From positions 2,680,669 through 2,744,668 of the forward strand of contig NC_057720.1 in assembly GCF_004010195.1 (NCBI RefSeq): 64,000 bases of DNA. The letters run 5' to 3'. Below the pieces are notes generated by a model that searched no databases, was not told the origin of the DNA, and saw only the letters and a program-made list of their open reading frames with translations. Positions 12,300 to 23,777 of the stretch are shown here, piece after piece. The position numbers and the translations under genes were made by a program. This DNA comes from Chiloscyllium plagiosum. Lineage: Eukaryota. The number at the start of each line of letters is the position of its first letter. Position 1 is the first letter of the stretch.

Positions 12300-13095
12300 A
12301 TCCAGAAAAATGTGAGGTGATGCATTTAGGAAAGACTAATTCTAGAGTGAATTACAAAATGAATGGAAGAGCCTTGGGAAAAGTTGATGGGCAGAGAGAT
12401 CTGGGAGTGCAGGTCCATTGTACCCTGAAGGTTGCTGCACAGGTGGATAGAGTGGTCAAGAGGGCATATAGTATGCTGGCCTTCATTGGACGGGGTGTTG
12501 AGTGTAAGAGCTGGCATGTTAAAATTGTACAAGACATTGGTTCGGCCGAATTTAGAATACTGTGTAAAGTTCTGGGCGCCACATTACCAAAAGGATGTGG
12601 ACGCTTTGGAGAGGGTGCAGAGAAGGTTTAGGAGGATGTTGCCTGGTATGGAAGGTGCTAGCTATGAAGAGAGGTTGAGTAGGTTAGGTTTGTTTTCATT
12701 AGAAAAAAGGAGATTGAGGGGGGACCTCATTGAGATTTACAAAATCGTGAAGGGTACAGACAGGGTAGATTGAGATAAGCTTTTTCCCAGGGTGAAGGAT
12801 TCAATAACGAGAGGTCACGCTTTAAAGGTGAGAGGTGGAAAGTTTAAGGGGGATACACACGGCAAGTACTTCACAGAGAGGGTGGTGGGCATCTGGAATG
12901 CATTGCCAGCAGAGATAGTAGAGTCAGGCACGGTAGATTCATTTAAGATGCATCTGGACAGATGCATGAATAGGTGGGGAGCAGAGGGATACAGATGCTT
13001 AGGAATTGGATGGTTTAGACAGTACGTTTGTATCAGCTCAGGCTGGGAGGGCTGAAGGGCCTGGTCCTGGGCTATAAATGTTCTTTGTTCTTTGT
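12295..13095 (+). mobile_element. CR1 LINE 3' fragment
   Basis: KCEVMHLG, LYKTLVRPNLEYCVKFWAP, RRLRGDLIE, YFTERVVGIWNALP; ttctttgttcttt tail. Confidence 0.92.
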
Positions 13096-13987
13096 AGTAA
13101 TGCCATTGACGGACCTAAATCTGCCATCATTATTCCGTCAGCCGTCCTTATTGGTAAGGCAATGAGTGGACTAATGACCTTGGCACATGGTGCAATTTGA
13201 ATTCAATCAAAATCTGGAATTAAGAGTCTCATAGTGACCGTGAATCTATTGTTGACTCTCAGGAAAAGTCCAACTGGTTCACTAATGTCCATTAGGGAAG
13301 GAAACTGTCATCCTTACATCCTTACTGTGACTCCAGACCCACAGAAATGTGGTTGACTCTGAACTACCCTCTGGGCAATTTGTGATGGGCAATAAATGCT
13401 GGTCCAACCAGTGACTCACACAACACATGATCAAATTCAGTAAAACGTCCCAGTTGTCTATTGTTCAATGTGTTTATCATTGGTTCAAATGTTGTGTGCC
13501 AGTGGATAATGTCCCTGCCTCTAGACCAGCAAACCCCACTGCCAGGGTGAGGGCGGTATAAACAGATGGAAAAATCCTTCCAAACATCACTGATGGTAGG
13601 TAGTTCTGAAATGTTTTGTTTCCTCACAGGAGAGAGGGTTGTTGGCTGGGCCAACGTTTATTGCCCTGGTTGCCATAGAGAAGGTGGTGGTCTGGTGGGC
13701 CTTCCCCATTCGCTACAGCTCCTGTGCTGGAGGTAGAGCCACAATGCAGTTGTAAGAGTGGGAGAGATTCCTGATCAGCAAGTAATGGAATCAAGGCAGG
13801 ACCCTCCACCAGCACTGTGTCTCTGCAGCATGCTGTAAACACAGGGGTGGCCACAGTCACGTGGACTCCAGGGGACGGCCTGGTTAGCTCAGTCGGCTGG
13901 ATGAAAAGTCAGATCCTTACTGTCAACGTGGTGTTTAATTCCCTGTTCGGTCCGGAAAGGATTTGAAACCGGCCTTCCTTGCTCTTC

Positions 13988-14285
13988 CGGCACGGTGGCA
14001 TAGTGGTTAGCACTGCTGCCTCACAGCGCCAGAGACCCGGGTTCAATTCCCGCCTCAGGCAACTGTCTGTGTGGAGTTTGCACATTCTCCCCGTGACTGC
14101 GTGGGTTTTCTCCAGGTGCTCCGGTTTCCTCCCACAGCCAAAAATGTGCAGGTTAGGTGCAAGCTAAATTGCCCGTAGTGTTAGGTGAAGGGGTAAATGT
14201 AGGGGAATGGGTCTGGGTGGGTTGAGGGTCGGTGTGGACTTGTTGGGCCGAAGGGCCTGTTTCCACACTGTAAGTAATCTAATCT
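13988..14285 (+). mobile_element. V-SINE (HE1-like), young, full length
   Basis: A-box tggcatagtgg, B-box ggttcaattcc, V-domain, tail (taatc)n. Confidence 0.9.
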
Positions 14286-14610
14286 GTGCTGTCCGGGATA
14301 GGTCAGACCTGCCTCTGGGAAGGGAACTAATGAGGAATAAGTTTCCCGGTTACAGTACGTTTGAGCTCAGTGATGGTCATCTGGTTCGCAGTTATTAGAT
14401 CTGTTCCTCTGTCTTGTTTATAGCTGGAGTTTCTCCATTGCCTACAGAGTTGGAAAAACTGAGTCAAATTGCTGTGAGCACGCTGCAAATTATAGAGAAC
14501 TGTACCAATTCCAAATGTGGTTTTTTTCCCCCTTTTACTAGTTAATGCTTATATTGTGAAATGTTAACATGATGCTGACCCTGATGTAATAGTGTGCTTC
14601 ATGTCACTAG

Positions 14611-14664
14611 GGTTTACCAGGACAACATGGGAACCCAGGCTTACCAGGACTACCGGGCCCGAAG
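14611..14664 (+). CDS. col24a1: Collagen exon, 54 bp, GLPGQHGNPGLPGLPGPK
   Basis: Acceptor atgtcactAG, donor GTatat. Near-identical to recalled COL24A1 GIPGPHGNPGLPGLPGPK and closer to it than to COL27A1 GPPGPYGNPGLPGPPGAK. Confidence 0.92.
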
Positions 14665-14982
14665 GTATATGTGACTCTGAAGTAATTAATCTGTGTCACT
14701 AACTTACCGTTTTCCATATGTAAACAGCCTTTGAAGTATTCCAGCTGCCTTAAACCATTAAATCATTATCTGCTGTGATTGACTGGAGCCATATGTGAAT
14801 CAAACTCAGGTCCTGGGTGAGGAACAAAACTGCTTTCTCCTCCGGTGAAATATGATTGCTTCCTTGGACTGACATCAAAGGTCTGAAATGGCAAAGTTCG
14901 AGAAAAAAAGCAAGATTTGTTTGTCGTTTATTTGCAAATTGTAGGACAGGCTCCTCATTTTGTTTCTAAGATCAAGATGTGA

Positions 14983-15325
14983 CAGTGGCTCAGTAATGTG
15001 TTTGCACATCATATTGGTTCGATCGATTGTCTGTGTGGAATTTGCACATTCTCCCTGCGTCTGTGTGAGTTTCCTCTGGGTGCTCCAGTTTCCTCCCACA
15101 ATCCAAAGGTGTGCAGGTTATGTGGTTTGGCAATGCATGCTAAATTGCCCATAGTGTTCAGGGATGTGCAGGCCTGATGGATTAGCCAACTGCAGGGTTA
15201 CAGAAAAAGATGAGGCGTGGGGGTAGTTGGTGGGGGGAGGGGGGGGGGGGGTGCTGCTCTTCAGAGGAATGGTGTGGACTCGATATGCTGAATGGCCTAC
15301 TTCCACAATGTACAGGATTCTATGA
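14983..15325 (+). mobile_element. V-SINE, diverged
   Basis: V-domain gtctgtgtggaatttgcacattctccc and tail gaatggcctacttccacaatgtacaggattctatgat. Confidence 0.7.
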
Positions 15326-15329
15326 TGAG

Positions 15330-15710
15330 TCCCATTCCAGAGCCAGTAGTGTGGAATTATCCGTTGACCCTCAGACTGAACACTGCAGTGTCAGAGATGC
15401 TGCCTTTTGGGGGGAAGATCAATCGAGCTCCCTTCTGCCCTGTTGGTGCATGCACAAGATTCTGGAACTCCATGTTACAGAAACACAGGAGATGAGAATA
15501 TCGCTGTGGCTTATCCCTCAAACAACATCACGAGCATCATCCCAGTCATTACTATATTACAGTTTGTGGCATCTCACCATGTGCAAATTGGTTGCCATGG
15601 TTCCCACATAACAAAGGCAAATACACTTCAAAACAGGTACTTAATTGGTTGTAAAGTACTTTATTGTGACGTCAGATGGTGAAAGGTGCTATATAAATGC
15701 ACATCCTTTG
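15330..15710 (+). mobile_element. Deu-domain SINE (SacSINE1-like)
   Basis: cactgcagtgtcagagatgctgcctttt...atccctcaaacaacatca...gtgcaaattggttgcc...gaaaggtgctatataaatgca, matching the recalled Deu-SINE body and tail. Confidence 0.65.
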
Positions 15711-15739
15711 TTCATTTGGGAAACAGAGCAAATTCCTTG

Positions 15740-17060
15740 GATAACTTAGAGTCACAGTTAGAGAGGGCAGTGAGGAAGGCTTTTGGCACACTGGCCTTCA
15801 TTAGCCTTTGCCCGAAACGTCGATTTTCCTGCTCCTTGGATGCTGCCTGACCTGCTGTGCTTTTCCAGCATCACTCTGATTTAAACTCTGGTTTCCAGCA
15901 TCTGCAGACCTCACTTTTGCCTGGCCTTCATCAGTCAGGGCATTGAATATAGAAGTTGGGAAGTTATGTTGCAGTTGTACAGGACATTGGTGAGGCCGCA
16001 CTTGGATATTGTGTTCAATTTTGGTCACTTTGCTATAAGAAGGATGTCATTAAACTGGAAAAAGTGCAGAAGAAATTTACAAGGATGTTGCCAAGACTCA
16101 GGGGACTGAGTTATAGGGAGAGGTTGGACAAGAATCATAGAGTCACAGAGATGTACAGAATGGAAACAGACCCTTTGGTCCAACTTGTCCATGCCGACCA
16201 GATACCCAAAACTAATCTAGTCCCATTTGCCAGGTTTTGGCCCGCATCGCTCTAAACCCTTCCTATTCATATAGCCAATGAGATGCCTTTTAAATGTTGT
16301 AATTGTATTAGCCTCCACCATTTCCTGTGGCAGCTCATTCCATACACGTACCACCCTCTCTGTGAGCTAGACGTTTTTCCTTAGAATATAGGAGACTGAG
16401 GGGGGACCTTATAGCAGTGTATAAGATCATGAGAGGCATGGATAGGGTGGATGCACTCAGTTTTTTCCCAGGGCTGGGGAATCGAGGACTAGAGGGGCAT
16501 CAGTTTAAGGTTAGAGGGGAAAGAATAAAAGGGAACCTGAGGGGCAACTGTTTTACCCAGAGGGTGATACGCATATGGAATGAGCTGCTAGCGGAAGTGG
16601 TTGAGGCGGGTACATTAACAACATTTAAAAAACAATTGGACAAATACATGGATAGGAAAGATTTAGAACATAGAACTTGAAAAGTACAGCACAGAACAGG
16701 CCCTTTTGCCCATGATGTTGTGCCGAGATTTAATCCTAATGTAAAATATATTAACTTAACCTACGCACCCCTCAACTCACTGCTATCCATGTGCATGTCC
16801 AGCAGTCGCTTAACTGTTCCCAATGACTCTGCTTCCACCACCACAGCTGGCAACGCATTCAATGCATTCACAACCCTCTGACATCTCCTCTATACCTTCC
16901 TCCTAATATCTTCAAACTATGACTCCTCATACCAGTCAATCCTACCCTAGAAGGGTATGGGCCAAGTGCAGGGAAATGGGGTTAGATGGACATTTTGGTC
17001 AGCATGGACCAGTTTGGGTCAAAGGGTCTGTTTCCATGCTGTAGGACTCTATGACTCTAC
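15740..17060 (+). mobile_element. CR1 3' fragment interrupted by a Penelope fragment (15805-15920) and two antisense CR1 tails (about 16131-16365 and 16666-16947)
   Basis: GYCVQFWSLCYKKDVIKLEKVQKKFTRMLP and RGNCFTQRVIRIWNELL; PLE flanked by ctggccttcat(t/c)ag duplication. Confidence 0.85.
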
Positions 17061-17744
17061 CCTGATCATAGTAATCTCCTGCTCAGGAATGGGTGAAATA
17101 TTTCAAACTCTTTCATTTTTCTTTCCTGGACTGTTTTCTTTGTTGGCTGGATTGGGTTTGTTTTCCTTGGAGTGAAAGAGGCTATGAGGACAGTCTGATT
17201 GAAGGATACCCACTTTTGAGAGGCATAGACAGAGTAAATCATGAGAATCTCTTCCCCATTGGCTGACGTGTCTAAGAACAGAGGGCATCAGTTTAAGGAG
17301 CAAATGGTTTCAAGGAGATCTGAGAGCAGACGTTTGCACCCAGAGGGTGATGGGGAATCTGGAACTCACTGCCTGTATGGGTGGGAGAGGCTGAAACTGA
17401 AGACTGAAGTATTTAGATGGGCATTGCAGTGCCATGGAGAAAGTGAGGACTGCTGATGCTGAAGATCAGAGTCGCGAGTGTAGTGCTGGAAAAGCACAGC
17501 AGGTCAGGCAGCATCCGAGGAGCAGGAGAATGGACGTTTTGGGCATAAGCCCTTCATCAGGAATGCCAAGGCACACAAGGTGCTATGATTGTATGGCCCT
17601 ATGAATTGGGTTTCTGGTTGCTATTTTATTAACAGTTTTGACAAGAGGAAACATCTTTTCTGTATCCACTCAATCAAATCCTTCATTATTTCTCCGTCAG
17701 CCTAGGCTGTAATAACTTACTGCTCTGCCATCATCCTTGGACAA

Positions 17745-19560
17745 TTGCATTAGAGGAGACAGAGGGTAGTTGTGAAGGGGCGATTTCCTTACTGGGAGTC
17801 TGTGAACACTAGGGTTCTGCAAGGATCATTAGCTGGGACTGTTATTTATCATATATATAAATAATTTGGATGAAAATGTAGGCAGGCTGATTAGTAAGTT
17901 TGCAGACGACATGAAAATTGGTGGCATTATGGATAGTGAGGAAGGTTGTCAAAGGATGCAGCAGGAGATAGATCAGTTGGAAACTTGGCTGGAAAATGGC
18001 AACTGGAGTTTTTTCCAGACAAGTGTGAGGTGCGTATTTTGGGAGGCCAAATACAAAAGGAAAGCATACAATAAATGGCAGGATCTGAGGAGCATTGGTG
18101 TACTGTACAGAGTGATCATAGGATGCAAGTCCATAGCTCCCTGGAAGTGGCAACACAAGCGAAAAAGACTTTAGTTAGGCCATATTTGGAGTGTTGTGTG
18201 CTGTTCAGGTCACCACACTGTAGGCTTTGGAGAAGGTGCCAGAGGGGTTTACCGGGAGGTTACCCGATAGCATTAGCTATAAGGACAAAGGGGTTTACCG
18301 GGATGTTACCCGATTGTGTTAGCTATAAGGACAAAGGGGATTACCGGGATGTTACCCGATAGCGTTAGCTATAAGGACAAGGGGGTTTACCGGGATGTTA
18401 CCCGATTGTGTTAGCTATAAGAACAAAGGGGTTTACCGGGATGTTACCCGATTGTGTTAGCTATAAGGACAAAGGGGATTACCGGGATGTTACCCGATAG
18501 CGTTAGCTATAAGGACAAAGGGGTTTACCAGGATGTTACCCGATTGTGTTAGCTATAAGGACAAAGGGGATTACCGGGATGTTACCCGATAGCGTTAGCT
18601 ATAAGGACAAGGGGGTTTACCGGGATGTTACCCGATTGTGTTAGCTATAAGAACAAAGGGGTTTACCGGGATGTTACCCGATTGTGTTAGCTATAAGGAC
18701 AAAGGGGATTACCGGGATGTTACCCGATAGCGTTAGCTATAAGGACAAAGGGGTTTACCAGGATGTTACCCGATTGTGTTAGCTATAAGAACAAAGGGGT
18801 TTACCGGGATGTTACCCGATAGCATTAGCTATAAGGAGAAAAGAGTTTACCGGGATGTTACCCGATAGCGTTAGCTATAAGAACAAAGGGGTTTACCGGG
18901 ATGTTACCCGATTGTGTTAGCTATAAGGACAAAGGGGTTTACCGGGATGTTACCCGATAGGTTAGCTATAAGGACAAAGGGGTTTACCGGGATGTTACCC
19001 AATTGTGTTAGCTATAAGGACAAAGGGGATTACCGGGATGTTACCCGATTGCGTTAGCTATAAGGACAAAGGGGTTTACCAGGATGTTACCTGATAGTGT
19101 TAGCTATAAGGACAAAGGGGATTACCGGCATGTTACCCGATTGCGTTAGCTATAAGGACAAAGGGGTTTACCAGGATGTTACCTGATAGTGTTAGCTATA
19201 AGGAGTGTTTGGACAAACCTGGATTGTTTTTGCTAGAGCGTCGGAGGCTGAGGGGTGACTTGATAGGAATATATAAAATTACCTGAGGCGGGAAATGAAC
19301 CCGGGTCTCTGGCGCTGTGAGGCAGCAGTGCTAACCACTGTGCCACCGTGCCGCCCACGGTGTTAGCTATAAGGAGTGTTTGGACAAACCTGGATTGTTT
19401 TTGCTCGAGCGTCGGAGGCTGAGGGGTGACTTGATAGGAATATATAAAATTATGAGAGGCATGGACAAAGGGGATGGTCAGAATTTTTTTCCCAGAGCGG
19501 AAATGTCAAATATTAGGTGTCATAGGTTTTAGGTGAGGGGGGGAAGTTTAAAGGAAACTG
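17745..19560 (+). mobile_element. Decayed CR1 fragment containing an internal 46-bp tandem array
   Basis: ISKFADDMKIGG, LVRPYLECCVLF before the array; RRLRGDLIGIYKIMRG after it. Confidence 0.85.
18245..19203. repeat. 46-bp minisatellite, 21 units, ggggtttaccgggatgttacccgat(tgtg/agcg)ttagctataaggacaaa
   Basis: Direct tandem repeats without spacers. Confidence 0.97.
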
Positions 19561-21358
19561 CAAGATAAGGAAGAATTTCTTCACTCAGAGTTGTGAGGCT
19601 GTGGAATTCTCTCCCACAGGAAGCTGTTGGGGCCAGTTCATTCGATAAATTCAAGAGGGAGCAGGATGTGGCCCTTGTGGCTAAAGGGATCAAGGGGAAT
19701 AGGGAGAGGGTGGGAATGGGAGACTGAGATTACATGCTCAGCCATGATCATATTGAGTGGCGGTGCAGGCTCGAAGGGCCAATTGGCCTACTCCTGTTCC
19801 TATTTTCTGTGTTTCTGTGAGACCATTCAGCCCATCATGCCTGCACAAGCTATCCAAAGAACATTGTGACTTAGTGCCAATCTCCTGCCTTTTTCCACCA
19901 TTCCCTGCAAACTATTTCCATCCAAATTCCGTGCAATTCCCTCTGGGTTGCTTCAGTTGAGCCTGCCTCCACCACATTTCCAGGCACTGCATTCCAGACC
20001 CTAACCACTCATTGGGTGAGAAAGTCTTTTTTTGTACATCAGCCTTGTTTTGTTTGGAAATCACTTTTAATTTGTGTTCACTCATTCTTTTTACAAACAA
20101 GAACAGATCCTACTTATTTATCCAGCCTGCCCATGATTTTGATCTATCAAATCTCCTCTCAGCCTTCTTTTCTGTAAGGAGAACAGTCCCAATTACTTCA
20201 ATCTGTCCTCATCACTGAAGTTTTTTATTCTGGGAACTATTCTTATAAATCACTTCCATGCAGCCTCTCTAATACATTTGTATCTTTCCCTTCATGTGGC
20301 ACTCTCGACTGTCCACAATACTCCAGCTGAGATCCAGCAAGTTCACCAACACCTCCTTACTCTTGTGGTCAATCCCTCTGTTAATGATAACACAGAGGAT
20401 ACTGTGTGCTTTATCAACTGCTCTCCCCACCTGTCCTGTCACCTTCAATGATGTGTGTGTGCCTACACAAGGTCCGTTTGATCCTGCATCCTCTTTAGAA
20501 TTATACTCCCTACTCTATATTGTCTTTCAATTTTCTTCTAACCAAAATGCATCACTTCACAGTTCTCTGCATTCAATTTCATCTATCTGTCCACTCCACT
20601 GACTTACATATGTCCTTTCGGAATTCTATAATGTCTTCTTCACAGTTTGATACTGCGGTGGTAATGTCATCCGACTCTTAATGCAGAGAGAGGTGAATGT
20701 TGTGGGCACATTGGTTCAAGTCCCATCATGGCTGAGGGTAGGTGTTGAATTCAATTTGTAACGGCTGGAATATTAGCTAGTTTCAGTAACAGCAACCATG
20801 AACCTCTCATCCAGAGTTGTGAAAACCAGCAGGTTCACTAATGTCCTTTATAAAGGGAAGGAAGCTGTGGTCCTTACCTGCTCTGGTCTACATGTGACTC
20901 CAGACCCACTGCAATTATAGTTGATTCTTAGCTGGCCTGTGCAAAGGCCAAGAGAGTATCTAGAGTTCGATGGTAGTTAAGGATGGATAACAAATGATGG
21001 TCTTGCTAGTGGCACCCACATCCTGTAACAAAATAAAGAAAAAATCCTAATGCTGGATGGAATGCATGGGAATAAGACTCTTGTGATGCAGTGGTAATAT
21101 TTCTTACCTATGTGTCAGAAGGTTTGAGTTCAAATTCTACACGCTGTCCTTCACCTAACAGGACCAGACAGGTTAATTTTAAAGTATTTGTTTTGCCTGA
21201 AAGAAGCCTGTGTTTTTGGAGGGCCTTGTCAGATAATGTGAATTTCTGGAAATGAAGATTAATATGAAAGGAAAGGATTGTCTGGCTGTGTGAGCTCTGA
21301 CAGATATCCCCGAGGGACAGCACTGTCCCCGAGGGACAACATCCAAGCATTGACTGTT

Positions 21359-21551
21359 GGAGAAAGTGAGGACTGCAGATGCTGGAGATCAGAGCTGAAA
21401 AATGTGTTGCTGGAAAAGCGCCGCGTCAGGCAGCATCCAAGGAGCAGGAGAATCGATGTTTTGGGCGTTTCCTGAAGAAGGGCTTATGCCTGAAACGTTG
21501 ATTCTCCTGCTCCTTGGATGCTGCCTGACCTGCTGCGCTTTTCCAGCAACA
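21359..21551. mobile_element. Palindromic Penelope-derived insertion with 11-bp TSD cattgactgtt
   Basis: Inverted arms; hammerhead-like core 21472-21499; TSD at 21348-21358 and 21552-21562. Confidence 0.8.
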
Positions 21552-22201
21552 CATTGACTGTTAGAGGGCTATCAGAGGTAACAGCACAGCAGCACGAGGA
21601 GAGACCAAAGCTGGTGATTTTCTGGTTATGATTAGACAGATAGGGAAAGGGAGAGCTGCAACGCAACCTGGGTGCCCATATATCTCAAAATACAACAAAG
21701 AACTGCAGATGCTGGAAATCTAAAACAAAAACAGAAATTGCAGTAGAAACTCAGTAGAGCTCGCAAAACCTGTGGAGGAAGAAACAGAGTTAATGTTTCA
21801 AGTTCAATGAGTTGTCAAAGTGTTCACTCCGGCATTGGACATAAGAATGCAGGTGTAGCAGGCCGTGATTTGGAGATGTCGGACCAGGTTATGGTCCAAC
21901 AGGTTTATTCGGGGTGTTGCTTCTTCATCAGGGAGCTGTGAAGGACTGTAGATGCTGGAAAGCCAGAGTCGAAAAGTGTGGCTGCTGGAGAAGCACAGCA
22001 GACCAGGAAGCATATGAAGAGCAGGAGAGGGCTGATGAAGGGCTTATGCCCGGAACATTGACTCTGCTGCTCCTCAAATGGTCCCTGACTTGCTGTGGTT
22101 TTCCAGCGCCACACTTTTTGACTATTTTCACTGGAGTTTAGAAGAATGAGGGGGATCTCGCAGAAACCTGTAAAATTGAAACAGGATTAGACAGGGTAAA
22201 G

Positions 22202-22415
22202 CTGAAAATGTGTTGCTGGAAAAGAGCAGCAGGTCAGGCAGCATCCAAGGAGCAGGAGAATCGACGTTTCGGGCATGAGCCCTTCTTCAGGAATGAGAAG
22301 GGCTCATGCCCGAAACATCGATTCTCCTGCTCGTTGGATGCTGCCTGACCTGCTGTGCTTTTCCAGCAACACATTTTCAGCTCTGATCTCCAGCATCTGC
22401 AGTCCTCACTTTCTC
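22202..22415. mobile_element. Palindromic Penelope-derived insertion with 15-bp TSD ttagacagggtaaag
   Basis: Arms 22201-22290 and 22295-22382; intact minus-strand hammerhead core 22290-22263; TSD at 22187-22201 and 22416-22430. Confidence 0.85.
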
Positions 22416-23580
22416 TTAGACAGGGTAAAGGCATGTTCCCGAGGGCTGGGGTGACTGGGGCTCAAGGTCTAAGGATATGGGATAGGCCATTTACAACAGA
22501 GATGAGTTTTCACCCAGAGAGTGGCCAGTCTGTGGAATTCATTCCCACAGGTAGTGGTTGAGACTAAAGCATCAGATGTTTTCAAGAAGATACTATATAA
22601 ACTTCTTAGGGCTAAAGGGATCAAAGGGTGTGGGGAGAAACTAGGAACAGGGGACTGAGTTGGATGATTAGCCATGATCCTATTGAACGGTGGAGCAGGC
22701 TCGAACAGCCGAATGGCCTACTGCTGCTCCTGTTTTCTTTGTTTCCATGGAACCAGGTGGGAGCTGCCGCAGTCAGCAGGACAGACATTGAGAGGTGGAA
22801 TAATTGATCATTTAAATATTCCAGCTGTCAAGCATCTGCGAGTTCACACAAAAGAAAATATTTCTTGACAGTGTCGTTCCTCTCATAAACTTATTTCCCA
22901 TAAGGTCAAACCAGAGAAAACAAGCCTCCGGCCAAATACATTTTTCCTTCTTAAGATTAACTGGCATTTTGTTAATTGTGACATTCCTAAGTGAAAGGGG
23001 CTCGGTGTGTTTAATTCAACTTCCAACCAAATTCTTTCAAGAGCCAATAATTCAAAAAGTATTGAATACCGAACAAATCCATACAATACCGGCTCACTAA
23101 GATTAGATAAAGGATCAAAACATGCCTGGTAATGGAATATCAGTGAATGCAAAACTCAGTCTCACTCCGTCAATAGCTTATTCGACAGGAGTTCCTTTCA
23201 ACAGGTGCGAATGCCCTCATTTACATGTCTCAGGGGTCTTATAAACAACAGCTCAAACAAAACTCTGCTGTCCCCAATCATAACTCACACCAATACCTGT
23301 TGCCCCAACACCTTTGTGCTGACTGACCTCTGCTGGTTCCCATCTACCGGTGCTGTGTTTTTGAAGGTATCACCTTTATTTGCAGATCCCTCAGTAGCCT
23401 CTTGCCTCCCTCTGTATGTAATTGCCTTTAGCCCCTGTCAGCAGTTGGAATACAGCAGTAGGGAGGTTATACTCCAGTTATACAGATATTGTGTGCTTTG
23501 GAGGCAGTTCAGAGAAGGTTTCCCAGACTAATATCTGGAACGAGTGGGTAGTTTTTTGAGGAAAGGTTGGATATGACAGG

Positions 23581-23702
23581 AGAAAGTGAGGTCTGCAGAT
23601 GCTGGAGATCAAAGTTGAAACTTTATTGCTGGAACAGCACAGCAGGTCAGGCAGCATCCAGGGAACAGGAGATTCGACGTTTCGGGCACAGGCCCTTCTT
23701 CA
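23581..23702 (-). mobile_element. Penelope 3' fragment with 12-bp TSD ggatatgacagg and hammerhead core
   Basis: Minus strand CTGAAGA-aGGGC-ctgt-GCCC-GAAAC-GTC (23703-23676); TSD 23569-23580 and 23703-23714. Confidence 0.8.
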
Positions 23703-23777
23703 GGATATGACAGGCTTGTATCTGCTAGAGTTCAGAAAACTAAACGGCAACTTGAGTGAAACCTGAGGGGACTTGAA

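Noticed and set aside
13988..14060. tRNA gene (also other SINE heads)
   Set aside because: A and B boxes run straight into the V-SINE body; no complete cloverleaf or terminator
18245..19203. CRISPR-like regular array
   Set aside because: Head-to-tail units with no unique spacers, derived from CR1, in a vertebrate intron with no cas genes
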